From: Candidatus Poribacteria bacterium
GTDB taxonomy: Bacteria > Poribacteria > WGA-4E > PCPOR2b
Assembly: GCA_965208675.1 (NCBI GenBank)
Contig: OZ242351.1
Coordinates: 1,088,001-1,152,000, forward strand
Direction of reading: 5' to 3'
DNA: 64,000 nt
The position numbers were made by a program, and so were the translations under genes. How positions within the stretch are numbered: position 1 is the first letter of the stretch; each line of letters begins with the position of its first letter. Below the pieces are notes generated by a model. The model made no database searches and was not told the origin of the DNA. It was given only the letters and a program-made list of their open reading frames with translations. Positions 9,651 to 19,609 of this stretch are shown piece after piece.

Positions 9651-10448
9651 ATGAATACTTATGACTGCGAACCCGCACTGACCGACACGCAGGTACTAGA
9701 GTTCTGTAAACAAGGCTTCTTGATGTTGGAGGGCGTCGTCCCGGATGAAATCAACCGCAAGGCGTTTGAATATCTTGCGGAGCACACCGAGCACGGGTGT
9801 TCTGTCGGCAGTATAGACGGGGTTATTGACAACGTGCTGCTAAACCCGCAAGCCACAGGCGCGATACGATCTCTCCTAGGTAAGAACTTTACCTATCCTG
9901 CAGACCTGTACGGTCCAGGAAATCAAATAAAGTGTCCAAAGCCGGCAGGGCCGTGGCACATAGATGGCGGCGCCGTGTTTGGTCCGCATCTCGACTGTCT
10001 GCAGGTTTTCTACATACCGCAAGATACGCCTCTAGAACTGGGACCGACTGAGGTGCTGCCGGGCTCCCATTTCCTCATCGCCGACGGCATTCCTTCTATG
10101 GCGCACTACGGCAGTATCCGGGGCGCGGTTGCGACAGCGGGACCGGCAGGTTCTATTTTCCTCACTGCTTATCCCATTTGGCACCGCCGCGGGGCATCCA
10201 CGGCAAATGGTGTCCGCAACTTGCTGAAGTATTCCTATAAACGCACCGTGCCGCCGGAACGAGACTGGATTCGAGAACCGAACTTCACGCCCCGGCGTGC
10301 CAAGGATGCACCGCCGCGGCTCAAGTTCCATCGAGAACGCCAACGAGCCATCTATGATGCAGCCGAAATGTTCTACTGGCTGTGCGGTAAGCACAGCGAA
10401 TATCATTCCACGAGTCGGAACAATTTTCCAGTTCACGTTTCTAGCTAA
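9651..10448 (+). CDS. PhyH-family dioxygenase, near-identical paralogue of 7364-8161
   Basis: 13 differences over 265 aa by manual comparison, with the same catalytic motifs. Confidence 0.85.
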   Translation: MNTYDCEPALTDTQVLEFCKQGFLMLEGVVPDEINRKAFEYLAEHTEHGCSVGSIDGVIDNVLLNPQATGAIRSLLGKNFTYPADLYGPGNQIKCPKPAGPWHIDGGAVFGPHLDCLQVFYIPQDTPLELGPTEVLPGSHFLIADGIPSMAHYGSIRGAVATAGPAGSIFLTAYPIWHRRGASTANGVRNLLKYSYKRTVPPERDWIREPNFTPRRAKDAPPRLKFHRERQRAIYDAAEMFYWLCGKHSEYHSTSRNNFPVHVSS

Positions 10449-10588
10449 GTCAATCTTTTCGTTTGCTAACATTGAACTTACGGAAAGGGCTAGGTCAAGC
10501 GGTCGTCAGTTTAGTTTGCATGGAGGCGTTGCCGCGCCGGCTTGAGTAGAACGCTTCCGTAAATGTCCTTACCTCTCAATTGTGACAC

Positions 10589-10612
10589 TGATACTATGCA
10601 CAGTGAGTATCA
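10589..10612. promoter_or_regulatory. Second copy of the TGATACT-N10-AGTATCA palindrome
   Basis: Arms are identical to 8292-8315; the spacer is partly diverged. Confidence 0.5.
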
Positions 10613-10798
10613 ACGAACCTACCATTCGGCGTAATTTGAACGCGACAATTTTAAGCCTTCGCGGTCAACTATTGGCGCCGTTGCAGGCAGAAATTCGCAC
10701 AGGCATGAAGATGGAACTTGTGTGAGATTTATCCAACCAACGCAATCTTAACGATATTATGTCCCACTAAGTCAACCCTACATTGGGAGGCAAAAAAG

Positions 10799-11584
10799 AT
10801 GAGAGTCCCAGTCTCAATATTAATCGCAGCGGTAGTTGCTTTCATGTTCTTGGGATTTATTGCCGCAGGACAAAGCCGCGCCGAATTAGATATCAATTCC
10901 GTTAAAGGAGGGTGGCTACTTGATGAGGGCGTGGGGGAGGAGGCCACGGATGCTTCCCGCCATCGGAACGTTGGGTCACTCAAGAACCGTCCAGAATGGG
11001 TGGAGGGTAAGTTCGGCAAGGCTTTGATGTTTGATGGAGACGGCGCCCATGTTGAAATTCCCCATGAGAAGAGTTTGGATGTAAAAGATGAATTTTCAAT
11101 TGTATTCTGGATGACAGCAAATCTAATTCCACCCGGTGGAACGACCAGAACCCTAGTCACTAAAAATAAATGGGAAGTGACCATTGACAATGGGACGATA
11201 CGGTTTTTCCTCAATCCAAAAAATGAGGTTTGTTGTGAAAGACTGTGGGGAATCACGGCGCTAAATGTAGACACGTGGTATCATGTGGCATGCACTTATA
11301 ACAATAAACACATGATAATGTATATTGACGGCGTTTTTGACGGTTCTCGTGAAGCATCAGGAGATATAAGCGGCACGCAGGACATGCATATCGGCCACGA
11401 CGTTGACCTGCATGGAGCTGGCGGATTTTTCGATGTCATCTTAGATGAAGTTATCCTCTTTGATGTTGCGATTACCGAAGATGATGTAAACAGCCTCATG
11501 AATGACAGCGCCGCGCTGCTACTCCCAGTTTCGCCCTCCGGCAAACTCGCGACCGCATGGGGACGAATAAAGAAACAAGATTAA
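10799..11584 (+). CDS. Secreted LamG-like protein with the C-terminal motif
   Basis: ATG at 10799 follows GGGAGG. Signal peptide, 'WLLDEG', 'WVEGKFGKALMFDG' and 'DTWYHVACTY'. Ends PVSPSGKLATAWGRIK. Confidence 0.85.
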   Translation: MRVPVSILIAAVVAFMFLGFIAAGQSRAELDINSVKGGWLLDEGVGEEATDASRHRNVGSLKNRPEWVEGKFGKALMFDGDGAHVEIPHEKSLDVKDEFSIVFWMTANLIPPGGTTRTLVTKNKWEVTIDNGTIRFFLNPKNEVCCERLWGITALNVDTWYHVACTYNNKHMIMYIDGVFDGSREASGDISGTQDMHIGHDVDLHGAGGFFDVILDEVILFDVAITEDDVNSLMNDSAALLLPVSPSGKLATAWGRIKKQD

Positions 11585-11676
11585 TTCCGCCTGCCCGGCG
11601 ACTTCGTCAAACTGCCTCCAAGCGACGTGTTATGCTGCGTGCAAAAAGGGCAGGTATAAATTGAGGGATACACAGA

Positions 11677-13131
11677 ATGAAGCCCGGCAAACAAAAGGTT
11701 GAACGGTGGATTTTGAATCGCCGCATGGTTCAGATTGCCCTGCTGACCATCATATTCCTCATTGACATCTTTCCTTTGCATGCTCAACAAAACCGCGGCC
11801 GCGACACTAATCCTCCACCTGTTCAAGGCGGAGGTGAATCGCGACAATCAACAGCCGCATTGCAGAAACACCTCGATGCGGCTAATCTGTATGCGAAACA
11901 AAACGATTTCTCAAAAGCCATTGAACAGCTCCACAAAATGGTGGAGATAGACCCGCAATGCGTTGAGGCGCACATTCAGCTTGGAATTCTCCACTCCAAA
12001 ATAGGAAATCTCGACGACGCGCTTCAATCATATACACAGGTGGTGAAACTCAGGCCGGATTCTTACTCTGCCCACTACAATTTGGGAGTTATTCTCGCAC
12101 GGAGAGGGTTGTTTGAAAAAGCCGAGACAGAATACCGCCGCGCCATACAACTAGACGCAAATCAGCCCCTGCCGCACTATCAACTCGGTCTTGTGCTTGC
12201 CCAACGGGGCAAATATGAGGAAGCCCTCCCAAAATTCAAGAAAGCAGTTGCACTTGCTCCGAATGCGAGCGCCCACTATCAACTCGCCAATACATACTTT
12301 CGATTAGGTAACCGCGATGAAGGTGAGCGGCAATTAAAAAAATATAGGGGCATTCAGGCAAAACAATATTTCGACAAAGCAGAACAATCTTTCAAAAGCG
12401 GAAATGTGCAGGAAGCCATTAAATCATACCAGAGGGCGCTTGACACGGATGTTGAATTTGCCCTGGCATTTGCGAGACTCGGCGCAATCGCGCTTCAACA
12501 GAATGATTTGGAGGACGCGATTCGACATTACCGCGCATACCTAAAGTTAAAACCGGAATCCGTGCAAGCCCGGCAGACGTTGGCTTCCGCGGCTCTGAAA
12601 ATAAAGGACTTTGTAACGGCGGCAGAGGAATTTGAACAGGTCATTGCCAGAAATCCTACAGAGGCTTATCCGTTTTATGGTCTCGGCGCCGCCTATTTGG
12701 GAAGTTCTCAATTGGAAAATGCGGAAAAACACTTGCAAAAAGCGCTAGAAATAGAACCGGATTTTGCTGAGGCTTATTACCAACTCGGCTGGGTTTATCG
12801 GGAACGCGGCCAAATCGAAAATGCGATTGAATCCTTTAAGCGTTCAATTGCGATTCGACCGAATTTGGCGCCGGCATGCAATACGCTCGCATGGTATTAT
12901 GTCGAACAAGAGCAGCATTTAGATGATGCTGTGACACTTGCAAAAAGAGCGGTTGAATCTAATCCGATTGCGCCTTATTGGGATACACTCGCGCTTGCGC
13001 TGTATAAAAATCGAAGATACAAGGAAGCGTCTGAGGCAATTGGCAAAGCGCTCGCGCTGCAACCCGCCCATCCGGAATATGCGGCACACCAGAAATTAAT
13101 TAGGAATGGTATTATCGAGCAGAACAGATGA
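11677..13131 (+). CDS. Tetratricopeptide-repeat protein, probably exported
   Basis: Many TPR units (e.g. 'AHYNLGVILARRGLFEKAETEYRRAIQLDAN') and a hydrophobic N-terminal segment. Confidence 0.9.
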   Translation: MKPGKQKVERWILNRRMVQIALLTIIFLIDIFPLHAQQNRGRDTNPPPVQGGGESRQSTAALQKHLDAANLYAKQNDFSKAIEQLHKMVEIDPQCVEAHIQLGILHSKIGNLDDALQSYTQVVKLRPDSYSAHYNLGVILARRGLFEKAETEYRRAIQLDANQPLPHYQLGLVLAQRGKYEEALPKFKKAVALAPNASAHYQLANTYFRLGNRDEGERQLKKYRGIQAKQYFDKAEQSFKSGNVQEAIKSYQRALDTDVEFALAFARLGAIALQQNDLEDAIRHYRAYLKLKPESVQARQTLASAALKIKDFVTAAEEFEQVIARNPTEAYPFYGLGAAYLGSSQLENAEKHLQKALEIEPDFAEAYYQLGWVYRERGQIENAIESFKRSIAIRPNLAPACNTLAWYYVEQEQHLDDAVTLAKRAVESNPIAPYWDTLALALYKNRRYKEASEAIGKALALQPAHPEYAAHQKLIRNGIIEQNR

Positions 13132-14800
13132 AAATATCCCTCGGCAATCGGTGACGAAGAGCGTCCATTTTATAGTCCTCGCCATTTGGCTTTGCACGTG
13201 CCAAATCCTCAACGCACAGACACCAATATTCACAGATGTGACAAGGGAAGCCGGAATTGAATTCCAACATACGGACGGTCGAAGCGGACAGTATTATCTT
13301 CTCGAAGAGTTAGGTTCTGGTGCGGCATTTTTTGATTACGATAACGACGACGACTTAGATATCTATTTTGTGAACGGCACATATTTACCCGGCGCCCACG
13401 CCGAGAGGCAACCAACAAATGCCCTTTACCGCAACAACGGCGATGGTACGTTTACGGATGTAACGAGCCTTAGCGGCGTCGGCGACACCGGTTATGGGGT
13501 TGGCTGTTGCGTCGGAGATTTCGACAATGACGGCTATCTGGACATATATGTAACAAACTTTGGAAAAAACGTCCTCTACCGCAATAACGGAGACGGCACC
13601 TTTTCTGATGTAACGGACGCAGCGAATGTTGGGGACGGGCGTTGGGGGGCGAGTTGCGCCTTTGCCGATTATGACAATGACGGCGACTTAGATTTGTACG
13701 CGGCGAATTACGTCGAATTTAAGTTAGACGAAAACAAGGTTTGCCACCGCGGCGGGGTACGCACCTACTGTCCGCCGCAAGCCTTTGAAGGCGTAGCTGA
13801 CGTCCTTTACCGCAATAACGGGGACGGCAGCTTTTCCGAGGTTACCAAAGAAGCGGACGTTTCCAACCCGCGCGGCAGAGGGCTTGGGGTCGTGTGGGGA
13901 GATTACGACAACGACGGATATCTCGACCTTTATGTAGCAAACGATACGAATGAAAACTACCTATACCGCAATAACCGCGACGGCACCTTTACCGATGCAG
14001 CCTTTTTTGCTGGTTGCGCGTTGAGCGAACACGGCAAGATGGAGAGTGGTATGGGCGTGGACTTCGGGGATTACGATAACGACGGTTTTTTGGATATCGC
14101 CGTTACCAACTTTCAAAACGAAGTGGCTACGCTGTACCGAAACAACGGAAACGGATTTTTTACAGACGTTTCATACCCCTCCGGCACGGGAGAAAAGACC
14201 TTGCCGTCTTTAGGTTGGAGCGTGTGTTTTTTTGACTACGACAACGATACGGACAAGGACCTGTTTATCGCCAACGGACATGTCTACGACAATGTTAAAC
14301 TGTTTGACCCTTCGACAGCTTTCGCGCAAACCAATCACCTTTTTGAGAATTTGGGGAACGGGAGTTTTGAAGAAGTTACAGACCAAATCGGCACTGACTT
14401 TTCCCGCAAAACACCGAGCCGCGGTGCCGTTTTTGGGGACTACGATAACGACGGCGATATCGATATACTCGTCACAAACAGCAATTCAAAGCCGCAGCTC
14501 CTCAGAAATGACGGCGGCAATCGAAACAATTGGATAAAGGTGCGTGCCATCGGCACGGCGAGCAACCGCGCTGGAATTGGAACCCGAATCAAAGTTATGG
14601 CCGGCGGTCTGTCCCAGATGGCTGAGGTGAAAAGCGGTTCCGGCTACCTTGGGCAAAACGAAATCGCCCTGCATTTCGGGCTGGGGGAATACGACATAAT
14701 TGATAAAATCGTTGTCATCTTTACAAGTGGTAGAGTACGTGAGGTTGAGGCGGTTCCAGCCAATCAACTTATCCGGATTGAAGAGGCGTGGGAACGGTGA
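13106..14800 (+). CDS. CRTAC1-family protein (FG-GAP/VCBS repeats + ASPIC/UnbV domain)
   Basis: Repeated 'DYDNDGDLD' and 'LYRNNGDGTFTDVT', plus C-terminal 'SNRAGIGTRI...GSGYLGQNE..LHFGLG'. Confidence 0.9.
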   Translation: MVLSSRTDENIPRQSVTKSVHFIVLAIWLCTCQILNAQTPIFTDVTREAGIEFQHTDGRSGQYYLLEELGSGAAFFDYDNDDDLDIYFVNGTYLPGAHAERQPTNALYRNNGDGTFTDVTSLSGVGDTGYGVGCCVGDFDNDGYLDIYVTNFGKNVLYRNNGDGTFSDVTDAANVGDGRWGASCAFADYDNDGDLDLYAANYVEFKLDENKVCHRGGVRTYCPPQAFEGVADVLYRNNGDGSFSEVTKEADVSNPRGRGLGVVWGDYDNDGYLDLYVANDTNENYLYRNNRDGTFTDAAFFAGCALSEHGKMESGMGVDFGDYDNDGFLDIAVTNFQNEVATLYRNNGNGFFTDVSYPSGTGEKTLPSLGWSVCFFDYDNDTDKDLFIANGHVYDNVKLFDPSTAFAQTNHLFENLGNGSFEEVTDQIGTDFSRKTPSRGAVFGDYDNDGDIDILVTNSNSKPQLLRNDGGNRNNWIKVRAIGTASNRAGIGTRIKVMAGGLSQMAEVKSGSGYLGQNEIALHFGLGEYDIIDKIVVIFTSGRVREVEAVPANQLIRIEEAWER

Positions 14801-14875
14801 TGTGCCGCCACCGTTAAGTCCCATTGGACGAAACTAAATGTAAGTAGAAAAAAACATCGTATTGTGTGATTTCTG

Positions 14876-14904
14876 TTGACGAGGGAGTGCAAACTGGGTA
14901 AAAT
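14876..14904 (+). promoter_or_regulatory. Sigma-70-like promoter
   Basis: TTGACG-N17-TAAAAT in the spacer upstream of 15070. Confidence 0.45.
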
Positions 14905-15069
14905 AGCCCGCAATAAATTAGCAGGCATACGCCGTATGCCGCAGCACTCGTAACGAGGGTGCCATTTGGATTCAGAGCGCTGTGCGCATATCACGGCACA
15001 CGGAGTGTACCTACTACTATCGTGTCTTAAAATAGATATATCCAACAGACCGCAACAAGGAGTTGTGCC

Positions 15070-16035
15070 ATGAAATACGATAAAGAAAACAGGACGTTTG
15101 ACTGCGACCCGACCTTGACAGATTCACAGGTGCTTGAATTTTGCCGGAACGGATACCTGATTCTGGATGGCGTTGTCCCGGATGAAATCAATCAACTCTC
15201 CTGTGATTACTTGGATGGGAAACTACCCGCGAACCCAATCTACATTCCGGAAGGATTGACATCTGAGGACCTAGAGAGTTTTCGCACAACCGGCGAACCC
15301 TCCGGAATCATGCTTGAACAATGGTTTATTGAGCATGTTCTACTCAATCCACAACTCGCAGGCGCATTGCGCTCGCTGCTCGGCAAGAATGTCGGTCTGC
15401 CGGCGATTATTAGCCACCACCGGGCAGAATGCCCGGCGGGACCGCAGGGCTGGCATCACGATGCCGATTGCGTCTTTGGGCCCGAAGTCAACTTTGTCGA
15501 GGTTTTCTACTATCCTCAAGATACGCCTCGAGAACTCGGTCCTACTGAGGTGATACCCGGCTCCCACATCCGCCGTGTCCGGGTTGAACCCGGTAAAGAA
15601 GAATTTCGGGAGATTCCGCGGACGCCGCCGCACTTTGTCGTTTGGGAACCCACCAAGGTCGTAACCGCTGCACCTGCCGGGTCGATTATCATCCATCACC
15701 AAAGCGTCATGCACCGCAAAGGTCCGTCCACGGTGAAGGGGCTGCGCCGTATGCTTAAACACAACTACTGGCGCACCGTCCCGCCGCAAAGAGATTGGAT
15801 TATCGAGCCGGACTTTGACTTTCAAACAGCCGATTACTGGGGACACGGAATCGCCAAATATATTGCGCACATGTTCTATTGGCTGTGCGGAAAAGGGGAC
15901 GATTTCCGGATAATGGGCGGCCAAGCTTGGCCCTGGCACAACCGCAGCCAAATCGGTAAATCTTACGGATATGGGTTGACCGAAGGTTACCGCCCCAATT
16001 GGCGAAATAATAACGTTGATGATTACGCAGCTTAA
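15070..16035 (+). CDS. PhyH-family dioxygenase
   Basis: 'WHHDAD', 'GPTEVIPGSH', 'MHRK' and 'RRMLK'. The N-terminus 'DCDPTLTDSQVLEFC' is shared with 7364, 9651 and 17117. Confidence 0.85.
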   Translation: MKYDKENRTFDCDPTLTDSQVLEFCRNGYLILDGVVPDEINQLSCDYLDGKLPANPIYIPEGLTSEDLESFRTTGEPSGIMLEQWFIEHVLLNPQLAGALRSLLGKNVGLPAIISHHRAECPAGPQGWHHDADCVFGPEVNFVEVFYYPQDTPRELGPTEVIPGSHIRRVRVEPGKEEFREIPRTPPHFVVWEPTKVVTAAPAGSIIIHHQSVMHRKGPSTVKGLRRMLKHNYWRTVPPQRDWIIEPDFDFQTADYWGHGIAKYIAHMFYWLCGKGDDFRIMGGQAWPWHNRSQIGKSYGYGLTEGYRPNWRNNNVDDYAA

Positions 16036-16139
16036 TCGAGCTCACGGTAAATCAGATACTACACTGTCTAGAATGTCAGAAATTTCGCTTTTCATATCCA
16101 TCCTTAATCGTCTCCACAGAAGAAAGACGAGGTCTATAC

Positions 16140-16970
16140 ATGTCGAGGGTTTTGTTTTCAATGCTCGTCCTTGTCCTGATGTCGGGCTGGATATCGGGAA
16201 TAACACCGGTTTCCCAAGCCAAGGTGATAGGTGTTTGGCTCTTCAATGAAGGGAAAGGCAATGTTGCCAAGGATTCCTCCGGTAACGGGTTTGACCTGGA
16301 GGTCGTCAAAGGGAAGTGGCTTGAAGGTGGAGGTTCATTTGATGGCGCCTTGGGATTTAGTATGGCAACGTATGCTTCGATCGAGGTCAAAAAGAAAGAC
16401 GCAGAGTTTAACCTTGATAAAGGAGAATTCACGATTATAACGAGGGGATACCTAACAGGATTGAGCTCGTGTTGTGCAGGGATTCCCCGTTGGGAGGCAC
16501 TCAGCGGAGACTTTGACCGTGCAGGCTGGCTCATACATCCGGATACAGGAGCACCCGACTATGTGTTTAGTTGGTGGTATAATGATGGAGGCTGGACCAA
16601 AGCTGGAAGTTCAGGTGCACTAAGGTTTAAAGCGGAGTGGCATCAGTTTGCCGTGACTTTTGATACAAAGAGGATACTGATGTATCTTGACGGCGAAGAG
16701 ATAGCTGACTTCCCAGCGAACCGTGGGCCAACCCCCTTTGAAGACGGTGGAACACTCACTTACTCCCGCGACCGCTGTTGTGTCCCGCCCCGGATGTTCA
16801 CCGGCGCCATCGATGAAAGCCTTATAGCGGATGAAGCCTTCTCAGCAGCCGTAATAGCAGAATCAGCGAAGAAAGGACTTCAAAATACAGCCGCATTCAG
16901 ACAGGTGTTCGCCGTCGATGAGCGCGGTAAGTTAGCCACGACCTGGAGCCGATTGAAAACCCTATACTAA
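16140..16970 (+). CDS. Secreted LamG-like protein with the C-terminal motif
   Basis: Signal peptide, 'WLFNEGKGNVAKDSSGNG', 'EWHQFAVTFD' and 'MYLDGEE'. Ends AVDERGKLATTWSRLK. Confidence 0.85.
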   Translation: MSRVLFSMLVLVLMSGWISGITPVSQAKVIGVWLFNEGKGNVAKDSSGNGFDLEVVKGKWLEGGGSFDGALGFSMATYASIEVKKKDAEFNLDKGEFTIITRGYLTGLSSCCAGIPRWEALSGDFDRAGWLIHPDTGAPDYVFSWWYNDGGWTKAGSSGALRFKAEWHQFAVTFDTKRILMYLDGEEIADFPANRGPTPFEDGGTLTYSRDRCCVPPRMFTGAIDESLIADEAFSAAVIAESAKKGLQNTAAFRQVFAVDERGKLATTWSRLKTLY

Positions 16971-17116
16971 TCTGTGATACGAGGTTTAATTCTTGTTGCG
17001 ATGGATGTAGGAGTAAAACCCCTGACCCCGAATATCGTAGGACGACGTATTACGCATCACCGAACCGAATTTTCGAAGAACATAAACCATGTCTATAGAA
17101 AGGGAGAAAAATCGCG

Positions 17117-17977
17117 ATGACAGCTATGAAAACAGCCAATTGTGAACCCACGTTAAATGACCACGAAGTCTGGGCATTTTGCAAAAAGGGGTACCATGTG
17201 TTAGAGGGTGTTGTCAGTGACGAGATAAACGCGAAAGTGCTTGAATTCCTCGACGCCCACGAGGGGTTGGGCGGGCAGCTGAAAAATGAGGAGTGGTTTG
17301 TTGAAAACGTCTTTCTCAATCCTCAAGCCGCGGGCGCAGTGCGTTCATTGCTCGGCAAGGACTTCGGTCTGCCAGTCGGAATGGGCAATCATCGCGTCGT
17401 TTGCCCCAACCGAAGTCAGGGATGGCATCACGACGGGGCGGCACTGGTGGGTCCAGAGCTGAATCACCTGCAGGTGTTTTACTATCCGCAAGACTGCCCG
17501 GAGGAAATGGGACCGACCGGATTGGTGCCCGGCTCGCATTTTCTGCGCGCGCTTCAGAGCTGGATGAGCCACTACGGCGCCATTAGTAAAGAGGTCAAGA
17601 CATCAGCCCCCGCCGGTTCGATTTTCATAACCGCCTATCCGATATGGCATCGCCGCTCTAAATCGACTGCGAAAGGGATTCGCAATATGCTGAAATACTG
17701 CTATTGGCGGAGTACGCCCCCACAGCACGATTGGATAGCCGAGCCGAATTTCAACCCAATGACGGCAGACTTCCCCGACGCGACCGACTCACCGCGCCAA
17801 CAGTGCCAGTCTTGGTATGAAGTCGGCGAGATGTATTACTGGCTTCGCGGAGAACTGGACACATTTTACGGAATCATGGGCGGCGAAGGCTGGCCGCACG
17901 GCTATCCCGTAGCGTGGAAACCTGAAGGGTTCCGCCGTTTTTCAAAAGAGGCTGCAAACGCGCCCGCGCCACGGTGA
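17117..17977 (+). CDS. PhyH-family dioxygenase
   Basis: 'WHHDG', 'GPTGLVPGSH', 'IWHRR' and 'RNMLKY'. Confidence 0.85.
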   Translation: MTAMKTANCEPTLNDHEVWAFCKKGYHVLEGVVSDEINAKVLEFLDAHEGLGGQLKNEEWFVENVFLNPQAAGAVRSLLGKDFGLPVGMGNHRVVCPNRSQGWHHDGAALVGPELNHLQVFYYPQDCPEEMGPTGLVPGSHFLRALQSWMSHYGAISKEVKTSAPAGSIFITAYPIWHRRSKSTAKGIRNMLKYCYWRSTPPQHDWIAEPNFNPMTADFPDATDSPRQQCQSWYEVGEMYYWLRGELDTFYGIMGGEGWPHGYPVAWKPEGFRRFSKEAANAPAPR

Positions 17978-18002
17978 ACCGCGGCAAACGGCTTATACTG
18001 TG

Positions 18003-19325
18003 TCACTCTTCCGCGATGCAGTAGAGGTTTTTCTCGCCGCGCAAAATTATCTCGCTGCCAATGAGGGCGGCTGAGGCGCTGAAACTGTCGTCCAACCGAT
18101 TCTGCGCCAAAACGCTCGGTGTATCGTCGTGGCTAATCACCAGCGTTGTGCCGACTCGGTCGGTGATGTAGATTCGGTCCGCAGCAGCCACCGGAGAGGC
18201 GTAAATGTCGCGGAGGCCGCCAAGACGAAACGGTCCGCCCTGGTCCTCACCGGTAGTGGTATCCACCCGCGACAGTATCCCTTGGTAGTGGCGCAGGAAA
18301 TACAACGAGTTCCCATATAGCAGGGGAGATGGCACGTACGGCGTGCCGCGTTTGCGGCGCCACAGCACCCGGTCGGTTTCAGTAATGTCGCCCTTCGCAC
18401 CGTCTAACCGGATAGCCAGCAGCGCGCGTTTGTCATAGCTGCTGCCGGCGAAAACCAGCCCGCCCGCCGCCACCGGCGACGCCACGATGTTTGCCGACAA
18501 TCCCCCGCACTCCCAGATGACCGCACCGGTAATTAAATCGTAACCGCGCACCCGGTGCGTACCGCTAATGATGACCTGCGGTTTGCCTGCATGTTCGACT
18601 ACGATTGGCGTCGCCCACGACGTGACCTCGTCTCTCGCTGCGCTCCAGCGCTGTTTCCCGCTGCTTTTGTCGTACGCGGCGACGAACGACTGGCCTTCAT
18701 GATCCCAGTTGACAACCAACGTGTCACCGTACAGCGCAGGCGAACTGCCCTCGCCGTGACCGTGCTTGGTCTGCATTTCACCGAGATCCTTCTCCCACTG
18801 CGGCACTCCGTCCATGTCGAAGCAAAAAAGCCCGCGCGACCCGAAAAATGCGTATACACGCTCCCCATCGGTCACGGGGGAGTTGGACGCTAGGCTTGCG
18901 GTAAAATGCCCCATTTCGTGCGGCAATCCTTGGCGAACCGTCCGTTCCCAGAGAATCGTCCCATCGCGCCGATTAACGGCGATCACGAGGTACTTGTAAC
19001 GGTGTGTCACCGGTAGATTGTCGTGAGCGCCGGGTGCATCGCTATATTTGGGTTGCAAAGCCTCACCGTACGGCGCCGCAGCGGTCACGAATACCTTGTC
19101 CCCCCAGACGATTGGCGAAGAATGTCCGCCCCCCGGCAGTTCAATTTTCCACCGGATATTTTTGTCCTCGCTCCATTCTCCCGGCGGATCGGCATGCGGT
19201 GCAACACCAGTAGCCAACGGCCCGCGCCACTGGTGCCAGTAATGATTCGCATCGGTACCGTTAGCGCGCGTCATCGGGTGAATCAGTAGCCAGAATACCG
19301 CAAGGATAAATACAAATCGTTTCAT
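18003..19325 (-). CDS. Secreted PQQ-like/BamB-like beta-propeller protein
   Basis: Signal peptide, 'WHQWRGP', 'WKIELPGGGHSSPIVWGDKVF' and repeated SSP/W blades. Confidence 0.85.
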   Translation of the reverse strand: MKRFVFILAVFWLLIHPMTRANGTDANHYWHQWRGPLATGVAPHADPPGEWSEDKNIRWKIELPGGGHSSPIVWGDKVFVTAAAPYGEALQPKYSDAPGAHDNLPVTHRYKYLVIAVNRRDGTILWERTVRQGLPHEMGHFTASLASNSPVTDGERVYAFFGSRGLFCFDMDGVPQWEKDLGEMQTKHGHGEGSSPALYGDTLVVNWDHEGQSFVAAYDKSSGKQRWSAARDEVTSWATPIVVEHAGKPQVIISGTHRVRGYDLITGAVIWECGGLSANIVASPVAAGGLVFAGSSYDKRALLAIRLDGAKGDITETDRVLWRRKRGTPYVPSPLLYGNSLYFLRHYQGILSRVDTTTGEDQGGPFRLGGLRDIYASPVAAADRIYITDRVGTTLVISHDDTPSVLAQNRLDDSFSASAALIGSEIILRGEKNLYCIAEE

Positions 19326-19609
19326 TTTTTCTTCGATGTGAAAATCTCGTCTTTCTCAATCGGCGTGGACATGTGAGCCGACTGTGTCTTTAAGAGGTGG
19401 GAAGAAGTTTCGCGCATCAATACGTGCTAGAACATGCGGCGGGTGCGATGTTGATTCGCGAAAGGCACAAAGCCCGCGGATGTTTACGTTACGTTGTTCG
19501 CAATCGTCTCTGATGTATGAGCAAAGGGTTGGGGGACCCAACCGCTGCGAAGGTCAGGTGTTTGTGCACCGCTCTTGAATGTCCGGTTGCGATGAAATGT
19601 CAACAGAAC

